DNA of 32,000 bases from Desulfobulbus propionicus DSM 2032 (GCF_000186885.1 NC_014972.1:3270001-3302000), one strand, 5' to 3'. Shown: positions 17,222 to 26,137, counted from the first letter of the stretch. The notes: generated by a model not told the origin, from the letters alone. A program made the numbers and translations.

Positions 17222-18442
17222 TCAGGCTCTCTTGTGTGCCCGCACTTTGTCGTAGGCCCGTTTCAGGGTGGCGCTCAGCTCGTCGATGTCCACCGGCTTC
17301 TGCAGATAGGCAAAGGCGCCCAGCCGCATGCAAGTGGCCTTGTCCTCCTCCGAGCCATGGCCGGTCAAAATCACCACCTCCACGTTGGGACGGGTCTCCT
17401 TGGTCTTGCGCAGGACCTCGAATCCGTCGATGCCCGGCATCTTCAGGTCCAGAATCATCACCTCCGGGTCATCGGTGGCCATCAGATCCAGGGCCGACTC
17501 GCCGTCATAGACCACCGCCGAGTCGATATCCCGCATCGACAACCGCTCCGACAAGGTCTGAACAAACTCGCGCTCGTCGTCGACCAGGAGCAGCCGCGGC
17601 GTTTCGAAGTCGTACTTGCGGTAGATATCGGTCTTGTGAAATCCCTTGCCCAGCCGGGTTTCGATCGAGGTCACGCCGTCGACCGAGCCGGCGATGGTTT
17701 TCAGCTCCTCCTCGAGACGGCTGAGCAGCAACACGTTCTGATGGATGGTCAGGGTTACCGCGCCGTCACGGGCAGCCACGCTGACAAAATGGCCCTGCCG
17801 GGCCAAGGCCACTTCCACCTGAGCCGCCAGCACAAAATCACGCTCCGCCCTCTTGGATGCCTTGGTGGGCTGGATCACCTCGCTGCGCAGATTCTCCACC
17901 ACCAGTTTGACCGCCTCTTCCAGCTTGATCTTGTCCACCGGGATGACCAAGTCGTACAACGAGGCACTCCACGGATCGGGCTGCCCGAACAGGGTATCGG
18001 TCCACGCCGCCTTTTCCTTGTCCTGCTTGTGGATCAGCGCCACCGCCTCCTTCTCGCTCACCTGCGTTTCTCGACCGGCCTGGACCAGGCGGTAATTCAT
18101 GTCGGCAATCAGGCAGACCCGGAGCACATGGGTGATCTCGTCGGGGATCAGATGACCGGTCAGTCCGTGGATCAGCGTGTTGTCCGCCTCCAACAAGGTC
18201 TCGGCCATGGCCAGTTTCATCCAGGCCAGCGCCCGTTCCTTTTCGTGGGTGATATTGTTGAAGATCGACGGCTTGTTCGCCAGCACATTCTCGATCTTCT
18301 TCCGGCTGATGGCCGACATGTCGGCCGCCTTGGCAACAATCTCCTCGTCGGTGATGACACTGTAGCGCACCTGTTCCCTGAGCAGGGAAACCAGTTGCTC
18401 GCCCTGGCAGTAACTGCCGCACATTAAGGTAATAACGGACAT
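17222..18442 (-). CDS. Cytidylate-kinase-like domain + BON-like domain + receiver domain fusion
   Basis: N-terminal Cmk-like P-loop-type region (MSVITLMCGSYCQGEQLVSLLREQ...), middle BON-like region (AERDFVLAAQVEVALARQGHFVSVAARDGAVTLTIHQNVLLLSRLEEELKTIAGSVDGVTSIETRL), C-terminal REC (RLLLVDDEREFV...VMILDLKMPGIDGF...LTGHGSEED...LQKPVD). Start ATG 18442 is preceded by AAGGAGG. Confidence 0.85.
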   Translation of the reverse strand: MSVITLMCGSYCQGEQLVSLLREQVRYSVITDEEIVAKAADMSAISRKKIENVLANKPSIFNNITHEKERALAWMKLAMAETLLEADNTLIHGLTGHLIPDEITHVLRVCLIADMNYRLVQAGRETQVSEKEAVALIHKQDKEKAAWTDTLFGQPDPWSASLYDLVIPVDKIKLEEAVKLVVENLRSEVIQPTKASKRAERDFVLAAQVEVALARQGHFVSVAARDGAVTLTIHQNVLLLSRLEEELKTIAGSVDGVTSIETRLGKGFHKTDIYRKYDFETPRLLLVDDEREFVQTLSERLSMRDIDSAVVYDGESALDLMATDDPEVMILDLKMPGIDGFEVLRKTKETRPNVEVVILTGHGSEEDKATCMRLGAFAYLQKPVDIDELSATLKRAYDKVRAHKRA

Positions 18443-18544
18443 GCGTTCCTCCTTGGAAATACGCTCGTGGTGGCTCCGGGTCGCAGGGGGCACGGCCGCC
18501 GGGCCGCAGCTCCATCCCTGGACGTCAATCGTTCGTTATCCATT

Positions 18545-18561
18545 AAGCAAGATACGGGCCA
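18545..18561 (-). promoter_or_regulatory. Candidate sigma-54 (-24/-12) promoter for the 18442->13939 operon
   Basis: Minus strand TGGCCC-GTATC-TTGCTT: GG-N10-GC spacing preserved, about 100 nt upstream of ATG 18442. Confidence 0.7.
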
Positions 18562-18662
18562 CTATTCAGTATCTCAGTTTTTCAACCAGTTACCCCCCGC
18601 ACTCCCTTTCCGTCGCCCCCGGAGGACGAAACGCAACAGAACACCGCGAAACACCCGAAATG

Positions 18663-18681
18663 GTTCGAAACGTTTTGGAAC
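18663..18681. promoter_or_regulatory. Candidate enhancer-like (UAS) imperfect inverted repeat
   Basis: GTTCGAAACGTTTTGGAAC, imperfect dyad about 100 bp upstream of the sigma-54-like site. Could also belong to the 3' region of the adjacent regulator gene. Confidence 0.35.
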
Positions 18682-18713
18682 AAAGGGTCCGGCCGGCCGG
18701 CAAGGGCTGCTTC

Positions 18714-20108
18714 TCAGCTTTTTTCCCGGAATCGGTGCAACGCTATGCCGTATTTGTTGATCTTGTCGTAGAGGCTCTTGCGGGAGATGCCCATCAGCTG
18801 GTGGGCCAGGCTGACCTGACCGCCGACCTGCCGCAAAACCTGCTCCACATACAGTTGCTCCTGCTGGTCCATGTAGTCCTTCCACGGCAGGCAGGGGGTC
18901 TCGACATCAGGTACGGCAAGGGATTGCCCGCCCTGTTCCTGGTCCCGCCCCCCCAACACGCAGTATCGGCGCACAACATTGCGCAGTTCGCGAATATTGC
19001 CGGGCCAGTCCTGGGCCATCAGCTCGCGGATCAGCTCCGGCGAGCAGGGGCGGACCTCGCCGGGTTGGCCGTCACAGTACTCCTTCCAGAAATAATCGAC
19101 CAGCAGCGGGATGTCCTCCTTGCGTTCGCGCAGTGGCGGCAGGTGTACCGGCAGGACATTGAGGCGGAAATAGAGATCCTGGCGGAAGGCGCCCTTGTCG
19201 ATTTCGGCCCGCAAGTCGCGGTTGGTGGCGGCGATGATCCGCGCCTTGAGCGGAATGACCGTGTTGCTGCCCAGGCGGCAAAAGGTGCGATCCTCGAGCA
19301 CCCGCAGCAATTTGGATTGCAGTTGCGTCGGCATGGAACAGATCTCGTCGAGAAAGAGCGTGCCCTCGCCAGCATATTCGAATGTGCCCACCTTGCGCTG
19401 GATGGCCCCGGTGAAGGCTCCTTTCTCGTGGCCGAACAGCTCGGATTCGATCATCTCCGAGGGAATGGCCCCCATGTTGACCGCCACATAGGGCAGGGCA
19501 TGCCGTGGGCCGATGTCGTGAACGGCCCGGGCCACCAGTTCCTTGCCAGTGCCGGTTTCGCCGACGATCAACACCGGATCGTTCTCCTTGGCGACGGCCT
19601 CGATCAGGTTGTACAGACTGAGCATCGAAGGATGGCTGCCCACCAGCCCGTAAAAGCGGGACCGGCCCTGGCGGGTGGCGATCAGCTGCCGCTCCAGCCG
19701 GCGATTTTCCAGCACCAGCTGCCGCCGCTCGATAGCCCGGGCCAGGGTGGCGAGAATCATCTCCTCATCCACCGGTTTTTGCAAAAAGTTGTAGGCTCCC
19801 TTCTTGACCGCCTCCACCGCCATGCTGATATCGCCGTGCCCGGTGATCAGGATCACCGGTAGATCGCAATCCTTGGCCAGCATCCGCTCCAGGAGCACCA
19901 TGCCGTTCATCTCCGGCATGCGGATGTCGGCGAGCACCGCCGAATAGGTATGGCCGTCGACGCTTGCCAGGGCTTCCAGCGGATTGCCAAAGGTCCGCAC
20001 CGCATAGCCGTTGAGCACCAGAGTCTGTTTGATGGCCGCCAGCAGATAGAGGTCGTCATCGACAACCAGAATCTCCGGGACCGGAACTGTCTCCTGATCG
20101 GTATTCAT
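18714..20108 (-). CDS. NtrC-family sigma-54-dependent response regulator (REC-AAA+-Fis HTH)
   Basis: ILVVDDDLYLL...VLADIRMPEMNG...; Walker A IVGETGTGKELVARA; GHEKGAFTGA; FLDEICSMPTQLQSKLLRVLE; C-terminal Fis-like HTH SLAHQLMGISRKSLYDKINKYGI. Confidence 0.96.
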   Translation of the reverse strand: MNTDQETVPVPEILVVDDDLYLLAAIKQTLVLNGYAVRTFGNPLEALASVDGHTYSAVLADIRMPEMNGMVLLERMLAKDCDLPVILITGHGDISMAVEAVKKGAYNFLQKPVDEEMILATLARAIERRQLVLENRRLERQLIATRQGRSRFYGLVGSHPSMLSLYNLIEAVAKENDPVLIVGETGTGKELVARAVHDIGPRHALPYVAVNMGAIPSEMIESELFGHEKGAFTGAIQRKVGTFEYAGEGTLFLDEICSMPTQLQSKLLRVLEDRTFCRLGSNTVIPLKARIIAATNRDLRAEIDKGAFRQDLYFRLNVLPVHLPPLRERKEDIPLLVDYFWKEYCDGQPGEVRPCSPELIRELMAQDWPGNIRELRNVVRRYCVLGGRDQEQGGQSLAVPDVETPCLPWKDYMDQQEQLYVEQVLRQVGGQVSLAHQLMGISRKSLYDKINKYGIALHRFREKS

Positions 20109-21331
20109 CGCTCCTCCTGGCGCGGGCCTTCCGTTGTCGGCGCTGGCCGATACTGGGGAATATAGACGGAAAAGCAGGCGCCCTTGCCGGGAACGCTCTC
20201 CACCTCGATATGACCGGAAAAGCCGCGAACGATACGATCCACGATCGACAGCCCCAGCCCGGTGCCGGTGCCGACCTCGCGGGTGGTGAAGAAGGGATCG
20301 AAAATCTTTTTCTGCAGTTCCTCGGGGATGCCTTCACCGTTATCGGCCACGGTGACCAGCACATAGGGCTCCTTTTGCATGGTGGTCAGATTGAGGCAGT
20401 CGGTGATCCGGCTGGTGATGGTCAAGCGGGGAACCACCACCCGCCCCATGGCCTGGACCGCGTTTTGCACCAGGTTGAGAAACACCTGTTCGAGGCGGAC
20501 CTCGACCCCCAAAACCACGCAGGGGTGGTCGTCCAGGCGCAAATCGAGAAAAACCTCGCTCAGGCGCAGTTGGGCCTCGAGAAACTTGAGGATCTTGCGG
20601 ATGATCTGGTTCAGATCGAGCGGCGCCTGTTCTTCCTCGACCTTGCGACCAAAGCTGCGCATGGTGGCAATGATCGAGGAGGCCTTGTTGACCCGGTCGA
20701 TGATGATCTGCAGATTTTCCCGCAGCATGTCCTTGTGGTCGCCCGGTGCATCCAGGGCCTTGAGGCAGTTGCGGGCGAAAAGCAGGATGGCGTTGAGCGG
20801 CTGGGTCAGCTCGTGGCCGACACCGGCTGCCATCTCCCCCAGGCTGGCCAGCCGGCTGGAATGGATGAGCTGTTTCTGCCCCTCCTGCATCTGCGCCATC
20901 AGATCGTAGAACTCACTGCAGTCAGAGCAGATCAGCATATGCAGCACCAGACCGTTGGGGTTGACATGGGTCGAACCACGCATCTTCACAGGCAGACCGG
21001 TGCCCTTGGCGGTTTTGAGATGGGCTTCGAATTCCGTGAACTCTCCCTTGGCAAAAGCCTGGCGGATTGCTTCGGCCGTCTCCGGCTGCACCAGATCTTC
21101 CAAGGCCAGTTGTTGGTCGCTGTCCAGAAGAAAACCGGTTCGTTCGAGGAACTCACGATTGGTCTGGATAACCTGAAATTCCTGGTCCAGCAGAAGAAAC
21201 AACTCGGAGATCCCCGCCAAAATCCGCTCGGTGAACGAGCGGCTGGCTTCCATTTCCTCGTGTTTCCGCAACACCCGAACAACCAGGTCCTGCCGTTGTT
21301 TTTCCAGTATTTTTATTGCCTGATCATGCAT
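20105..21331 (-). CDS. PAS-domain sensor histidine kinase, partner of the NtrC-type regulator
   Basis: PAS-like [31 protein letters not shown]; H-box [31 protein letters not shown]; N-box [14 protein letters not shown]; [34 protein letters not shown]. Overlaps the regulator gene by 4 nt. Confidence 0.95.
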   Translation of the reverse strand: MHDQAIKILEKQRQDLVVRVLRKHEEMEASRSFTERILAGISELFLLLDQEFQVIQTNREFLERTGFLLDSDQQLALEDLVQPETAEAIRQAFAKGEFTEFEAHLKTAKGTGLPVKMRGSTHVNPNGLVLHMLICSDCSEFYDLMAQMQEGQKQLIHSSRLASLGEMAAGVGHELTQPLNAILLFARNCLKALDAPGDHKDMLRENLQIIIDRVNKASSIIATMRSFGRKVEEEQAPLDLNQIIRKILKFLEAQLRLSEVFLDLRLDDHPCVVLGVEVRLEQVFLNLVQNAVQAMGRVVVPRLTITSRITDCLNLTTMQKEPYVLVTVADNGEGIPEELQKKIFDPFFTTREVGTGTGLGLSIVDRIVRGFSGHIEVESVPGKGACFSVYIPQYRPAPTTEGPRQEER

Positions 21332-21568
21332 CGTTCTTCCTCCCGCTGGTCAAGGACAGCCGGATAGTACCCGCAGGCCCTCTCGCTCGTCACCAATTTT
21401 ACACAGCGTTAACCGAGAATTTCAGACCTCGCTCCCACCTCTAGGAACATCAGCGCTTTTTTGTGGATAAATGGGCCGCTGTCCTGTAACTCTGCCTGCA
21501 AGAATGCGCTTGCGGCACGGGACTCTCTCTTCCCGAATTGAACGACCAGCCCCAACCCCCTGTTTGCC

Positions 21569-23059
21569 ATGCTCCACTGTTGCATCTTCCTCTGCGGCGC
21601 GGCCCTGATGATCATCGAACTCACCGGCTCGCGCATCCTGGCCCCCTTCCTTGGCACCTCCCTGGTCGTCTGGACGAGCCTGATCGGAATCATCCTCGCC
21701 AGCCTCAGCTTCGGGGCCTGGTGGGGTGGGGTACTCGCCGACCGATCGCCACGCCCCAATCTCCTGGGGCGCATTGTTTTGATGGCCGCCTGGTCCACCG
21801 CCGCCATTGGCCTGTCCAAGAGCTGGATCCTCGAATTTCTTCAAGGCACGGGCAACCTGCACGCCGTGGCCATCACCGCCACCGTTGCCCTGTTCGCGCC
21901 AGCGGCGATCCTGCTCGGCATGGTGCCGCCCTTTGCGGTCCGCCTCTGCCTGCACGACACCGACCACACAGGACGCACGGCAGGGAGCCTTTATGCCCTC
22001 TCCACCATCGGCTCCATAGTCGGCACCTTTCTCGCCGGGTTTGTTCTCATCGCCTGGGTGGGCAGCACCGCGATTCTCTTCATCACAGCCGCCTTCCTCG
22101 TCCTGGCTTCATGGTTGGCCGAACCCTCGAACAAAGCCATCAAGGGCGTCTCCCTGTTCCTTTTTCTGCTGGCCATCGCCCTCTGCCGCCTCCAGGATCA
22201 ACGCCTTGAGCAACTGGGATTCCTCGACCGGGATACCCCCTACAACCGGGTCTTGGTCTACACCAGCAAGGAAGAAGGCACGGACCGACTGATGCGGGAG
22301 ATGGTCACCGGGCCTCAGGGGCGGCAATCGGCCATGTACCTGGACAATCCTACCGAACTGGCCCTGCCCTACACGCGTTTTTATCGGCTGATCGAGCATT
22401 ACCATCCCACGGCACGCCGCATGCTGGTGCTGGGCGGAGGGGGCTATTCCTTCCCCAAATACGCCTTGGCCCGGTACCCGGATCTGCGGATTGACGTGGT
22501 TGAACTCGATCCAGGTATTACCAACCTGGCGCGGACCCACTTCGGCCTGACCGACCATCCCCGTTTGACCATCATCGAGGAAGACGCCCGTACCTTTCTT
22601 AAAAAAGTCGACCACCCCTACGATGTGATCCTGTGCGATGTGTTCAACTCGCACTACTCCATCCCTTTTCACCTGGTGACCGTCGAGGCCATCGGCCTGA
22701 TGCATTCCGCTCTCAAGGCGGACGGCGTTGTCCTGGTGAACCTGCTAGCCTCCACCGAAGGGGTGTCGAGCCGATTTTACAAGGCGTTGCATGCCACCTT
22801 CCGCGCCGCTTTTCCCTCGGTCCAAGCCTATGCGGTGGTCGATCCCACCGACAAGCACTTGTGGCAGAACATGCTGCTCGTCGCCGGCAAGGGCGAGCTT
22901 TCCACCAACGAGCCCAAGGATCCCTCCCTGCGGCGGATGCTTACCCACGCTCTGCCCCCACCCGATAACCATCCCCCTCCCTTCACCGACGAGTATGCCC
23001 CGGTGGATCGCTACATTGGCGAGTTTGGTTTAGGATTGACCGCGCACAGCGATTCCTGA
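21569..23059 (+). CDS. Membrane-embedded spermidine-synthase-like methyltransferase-fold protein (fused TM domain + spermidine synthase-like domain)
   Basis: N-terminal multi-TM region (MIIELTGSRILAPFLGTSLVVWTSLIGIILASLSFGAWWGGVLADR...) followed by RMLVLGGGGYSFPKYAL...DVVELDPGITNLAR...DARTFLKKVDHPYDVILCDVFNSHYSIPFHLVT. Confidence 0.88.
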   Translation: MLHCCIFLCGAALMIIELTGSRILAPFLGTSLVVWTSLIGIILASLSFGAWWGGVLADRSPRPNLLGRIVLMAAWSTAAIGLSKSWILEFLQGTGNLHAVAITATVALFAPAAILLGMVPPFAVRLCLHDTDHTGRTAGSLYALSTIGSIVGTFLAGFVLIAWVGSTAILFITAAFLVLASWLAEPSNKAIKGVSLFLFLLAIALCRLQDQRLEQLGFLDRDTPYNRVLVYTSKEEGTDRLMREMVTGPQGRQSAMYLDNPTELALPYTRFYRLIEHYHPTARRMLVLGGGGYSFPKYALARYPDLRIDVVELDPGITNLARTHFGLTDHPRLTIIEEDARTFLKKVDHPYDVILCDVFNSHYSIPFHLVTVEAIGLMHSALKADGVVLVNLLASTEGVSSRFYKALHATFRAAFPSVQAYAVVDPTDKHLWQNMLLVAGKGELSTNEPKDPSLRRMLTHALPPPDNHPPPFTDEYAPVDRYIGEFGLGLTAHSDS

Positions 23060-23256
23060 GCCCGGTCCAGATCACCGTCGGCAATCGTCCGTGCTCACTC
23101 CCCGGCGCCATTGATCGCGCAGCGCCTTCACACCGTTGCCCGATACACCCAGAGTGGCCTCCCATGCCACTTCGCTTTCAAGTTGTCATGTATCCGTAGA
23201 GACAAAGGCGAATGTGCGATTGTTCATCTTCAGAAGAATGAAGACAGCATGGCGGA

Positions 23257-25806
23257 TCAATGCGGGGATGAGGTGGCGAGCAGATATTTTGAGGAGGGCC
23301 CCCGGCCCGACTTCTTCATCAGTCCCTTGTCGACCAAGTCGTGCAAATCGTATTGAGCCGTGCGAACGGAAACGGCATCCCCCACCACCTTCTGATACTC
23401 GCTGCGGCTGATGACGCCATTTTTGACAATCAGAGGCCAGGCCTTGCGTTGCCTGATATTCAACTCGGGAGGGACGCCCATGTCCTGCTGTTCTGCTTCA
23501 GCCTCGTTGGCTGGCGGGGCAGACAGGGCTTTTGCAGGGGGTGTGGGCGGCAGTGCGGACGGAAACGACTCGTTCTCCGGCGCGTCGTCACCTTCCAGCT
23601 CGACGCCTCGCTCGTCAAAGAGAATATGCTGAGCGAGCAGCAGATCGCTTTCGGCAAAAGCCAGCGAGCGGGTGATACAGTTGCGCAACTCACGGATATT
23701 TCCCGGCCAGTCATGACTGAGCAATCGTTCCAGGGCACCACGGCTGATCCCCACCGGGTCCAGCCCTGAGAGGGTCATGTGTTCATCGAGGAAATATTTG
23801 ACCAGTACCGGAATATCCTCCTTCCGCTCACGCAACGGCGGCGTATTGATGGTGATCACCGCCAGGCGGTAGTAGAGATCTTCCCGAAAATCACTGGTCA
23901 GAGAGAGCTGGAGCAGGTCAACATTAGTGGCGGCGATAATGCGGGCGTCAAAGGCGACATCCTGATCCGATCCCAGAGGCCGAATCCGGCGGACGGATAA
24001 GGCTCGCAGCAAGGCCTGCTGCACCTTGGGGGAGGCATTGCCGATCTCATCGAGATGCAGGGTACCGCCCGATGCAGCGACAAAAGCGCCCTTCCGCTCG
24101 TTTTGGGCATCAGAAAAGGCGCCCTTGACATGACCGAACAGGGCATCCATGAGCAGATTTTCATCCAAGGCTCCGCAGTTAATGGAAATGAACGGCCCTT
24201 TGGCCCGGTGACTGACCGAATGGATGGCTTCGGCGGTCAGCTCCTTCCCCGTCCCGGTTTCGCCAACGATCAATACGTCCGCCAGGACCCGCGACGCCTT
24301 GTGGATCTGCTGGCGGAGCGTTCCAACCGCCTGACTGCCGCCGACAATCCCGTAGAGCGGCATGGCCAGCAATCGCGCATCAAGCAACGGATTATCACGC
24401 ATCTCCTTCTCCAAATTGACTCGCTGACGCATGCGATCATCCTCGACAAGCCCTTCGCGCAACAACGAATCACTTCGCGCAATATGCAATTGCATAAGCA
24501 GGATATTGATGGACCGCTGAAACTGGTTGATCTCCGCAAACAGCGGTCCAAGGGCCAGCGGTGAAGGATCGTCTCCACCCGCCCTGACATCGACGGCCTC
24601 GGCGAGCAATTCGAGCTGTCGCGCGATACGGCGACTGACAAAATACATGGCCATGAAGACCAGAATGACGCCAAGTGCCACGCAAACGCTCAAGGTTCCG
24701 GCAATCCGGTAGGTGGAGGCCATGAACACAAAACTGGTGTCGATGCAACCGATACCGCCGACAATACGCCGTGTCCCCGCGCCCTCCTCAAAGACAATCG
24801 GCACATAGCTGAGATAGAGGGATCGATCACTCCCGGACGGCGCGATAAACGGACGCGTGACCAATATCTGTCCCGATTTTCCGGCCTGGACGTCGGACAC
24901 CATCGCCCAGTAGAGATCGTGGGCAAAGCCCGGACGAAAGGCGGTGCTGAATCCAGGACGCCCCACATCTCCCTGCAATCCCATGCGCAAGAGATCGACG
25001 GAAAGATCGGCCTGCTGTCGGTCGGGAGATTCGGATTGGAACAGCAGCCAGCCCGCGGCATCAAAGAAAAAACTTTTTTTATGCTCGCTTTCCTGGGGAA
25101 AGAGGAAGAGCGGCGACTGTTTGGAGGTATGCAGGGAGATGATATCGCGCAAGTGGGGCAGATCGATCGACAGTGTCAGTTGTCCTTTATAGGTCTTGCT
25201 GCCGTCATAGACCGGCGTGGTCAGACGGATGACATGCATGTTGAGCGCGCTCATTTTTCCCTCGACATGCACCGACGGGTAGACCACCTCCATGGGTTCC
25301 CCGATCTGAATGTACCCTGCCGGCTTGCCGGTCAACAGATCGCGACTGGAAAAAATACCGAATTTTGCCCCCATGGCCTGATCAATGGGCACGGGGATCA
25401 CGCTGCTTCCGGTGTTGACCAGGACAAAACGCTCCTCGGCGGTCTGACCATGGAAGGCTATTTCACGATAGCGGTTGCGCTCCTCGGCTGATTTGGCGGC
25501 CAGATGAGTGCTGATTGACTCCGGCGTGAGGGACAGACGGGTGAGATATTCCAATTCGTATCGGGCCGCCACCAGCAACTGGTTGATCTCGTGCGCCTGC
25601 GCTAGAGCCCGCACTTGAGCATTTCTCGAATAGGCTTGGTCGAGATAGGAGGAAACGATGTGATAGGTGACGATCACCGTGGCGGAGAGGATGATCACCA
25701 CCAGCAGAGTGCCCAAGAGCACCAGAAACTTGCCGACGCTCCAGGAATAGATCGACCCATCGACCCGGATCAACGGGTTCAGCAGGGGGGGATGCGAGTA
25801 GCGCAT
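23257..25806 (-). CDS. Membrane-anchored sigma-54 activator: N-terminal periplasmic sensor, HAMP-like linker, AAA+ domain, winged-helix-like C-terminus
   Basis: TM (FLVLLGTLLVVIILSATVIVTYHIV), large extracytoplasmic region, second TM (LSVCVALGVILVFMAMYFVSRRIARQL), AAA+ LIVGETGTGKELTAEAIH, GHVKGAFSDA, TLHLDEIGNASPKVQQALLRAL. C-terminus LNIRQRKAWPLIVKNGVISRSEYQKVVGDAVSVRTAQYDLHDLVDKGLMKKSGRGPSSKYLL. Confidence 0.9.
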   Translation of the reverse strand: MRYSHPPLLNPLIRVDGSIYSWSVGKFLVLLGTLLVVIILSATVIVTYHIVSSYLDQAYSRNAQVRALAQAHEINQLLVAARYELEYLTRLSLTPESISTHLAAKSAEERNRYREIAFHGQTAEERFVLVNTGSSVIPVPIDQAMGAKFGIFSSRDLLTGKPAGYIQIGEPMEVVYPSVHVEGKMSALNMHVIRLTTPVYDGSKTYKGQLTLSIDLPHLRDIISLHTSKQSPLFLFPQESEHKKSFFFDAAGWLLFQSESPDRQQADLSVDLLRMGLQGDVGRPGFSTAFRPGFAHDLYWAMVSDVQAGKSGQILVTRPFIAPSGSDRSLYLSYVPIVFEEGAGTRRIVGGIGCIDTSFVFMASTYRIAGTLSVCVALGVILVFMAMYFVSRRIARQLELLAEAVDVRAGGDDPSPLALGPLFAEINQFQRSINILLMQLHIARSDSLLREGLVEDDRMRQRVNLEKEMRDNPLLDARLLAMPLYGIVGGSQAVGTLRQQIHKASRVLADVLIVGETGTGKELTAEAIHSVSHRAKGPFISINCGALDENLLMDALFGHVKGAFSDAQNERKGAFVAASGGTLHLDEIGNASPKVQQALLRALSVRRIRPLGSDQDVAFDARIIAATNVDLLQLSLTSDFREDLYYRLAVITINTPPLRERKEDIPVLVKYFLDEHMTLSGLDPVGISRGALERLLSHDWPGNIRELRNCITRSLAFAESDLLLAQHILFDERGVELEGDDAPENESFPSALPPTPPAKALSAPPANEAEAEQQDMGVPPELNIRQRKAWPLIVKNGVISRSEYQKVVGDAVSVRTAQYDLHDLVDKGLMKKSGRGPSSKYLLATSSPH

Positions 25807-25939
25807 TTGACGTTCTCCTTGCGTAACAATCACGCCGCATCACGAACGGCTTTTTTTTCGCTACCAGATAACGCGCAATAGCGCAATGGCAAAATCACAA
25901 CTCTTTGAAATTTTAAATATATTCATTTGCACAAAAAGT

Positions 25940-25955
25940 TGGCACACGGTTTGTT
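25940..25955 (+). promoter_or_regulatory. Candidate sigma-54 (-24/-12) promoter for the TauE/SafE operon
   Basis: TGGCAC-ACGGT-TTGTT: perfect -24 element, correct spacing, C->T deviation in the -12 GC. Confidence 0.62.
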
Positions 25956-26017
25956 TACACACTGACAGCTGTTTTCTTGAACCGGGAAACGCACTCCCCC
26001 GTTGCAGAAAAAGAGCC

Positions 26018-26059
26018 GATCTGAGCGCCCAGTCTCCCCCAACTGGTAGCGCTCAGATC
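26018..26059 (+). promoter_or_regulatory. Strong hairpin in the predicted 5' leader of the TauE/SafE operon
   Basis: GATCTGAGCGC/GCGCTCAGATC (11 bp) stacked on CCAGT/ACTGG (5 bp) with a 2-nt TA bulge and 8-nt CTCCCCCA loop. Confidence 0.75.
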
Positions 26060-26073
26060 CCATTCGTGACCAA

Positions 26074-26094
26074 CCCGGCACCAGACCTGCCGGG
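26074..26094 (+). promoter_or_regulatory. Second leader hairpin
   Basis: CCCGGCA-CCAGACC-TGCCGGG: perfect 7 bp stem, 7-nt loop, between the first hairpin and the ribosome binding site. Confidence 0.65.
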
Positions 26095-26137
26095 ATGCAC
26101 AAGCCAACAAGCAAGACATCAAAAGAGGAGAACACAA

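Noticed and set aside
15430-18427. Long plus-strand ORFs 15430..16776 (448 aa) and 17114..18427 (437 aa)
   Set aside because: They are antisense to the dCache kinase and the Cmk/REC fusion, contain no recognisable domain, and are shadow frames of the GC-rich third-position bias.
18689-18700. CCGGCCGGCCGG palindrome near the end of the NtrC-type gene
   Set aside because: A short, low-complexity GC palindrome is expected by chance in this base composition, and no terminator U tract or second copy was noted.
20210-21367. 385-aa plus-strand ORF opposite the PAS histidine kinase
   Set aside because: Antisense shadow frame. The minus strand has unambiguous kinase H/N/G boxes.
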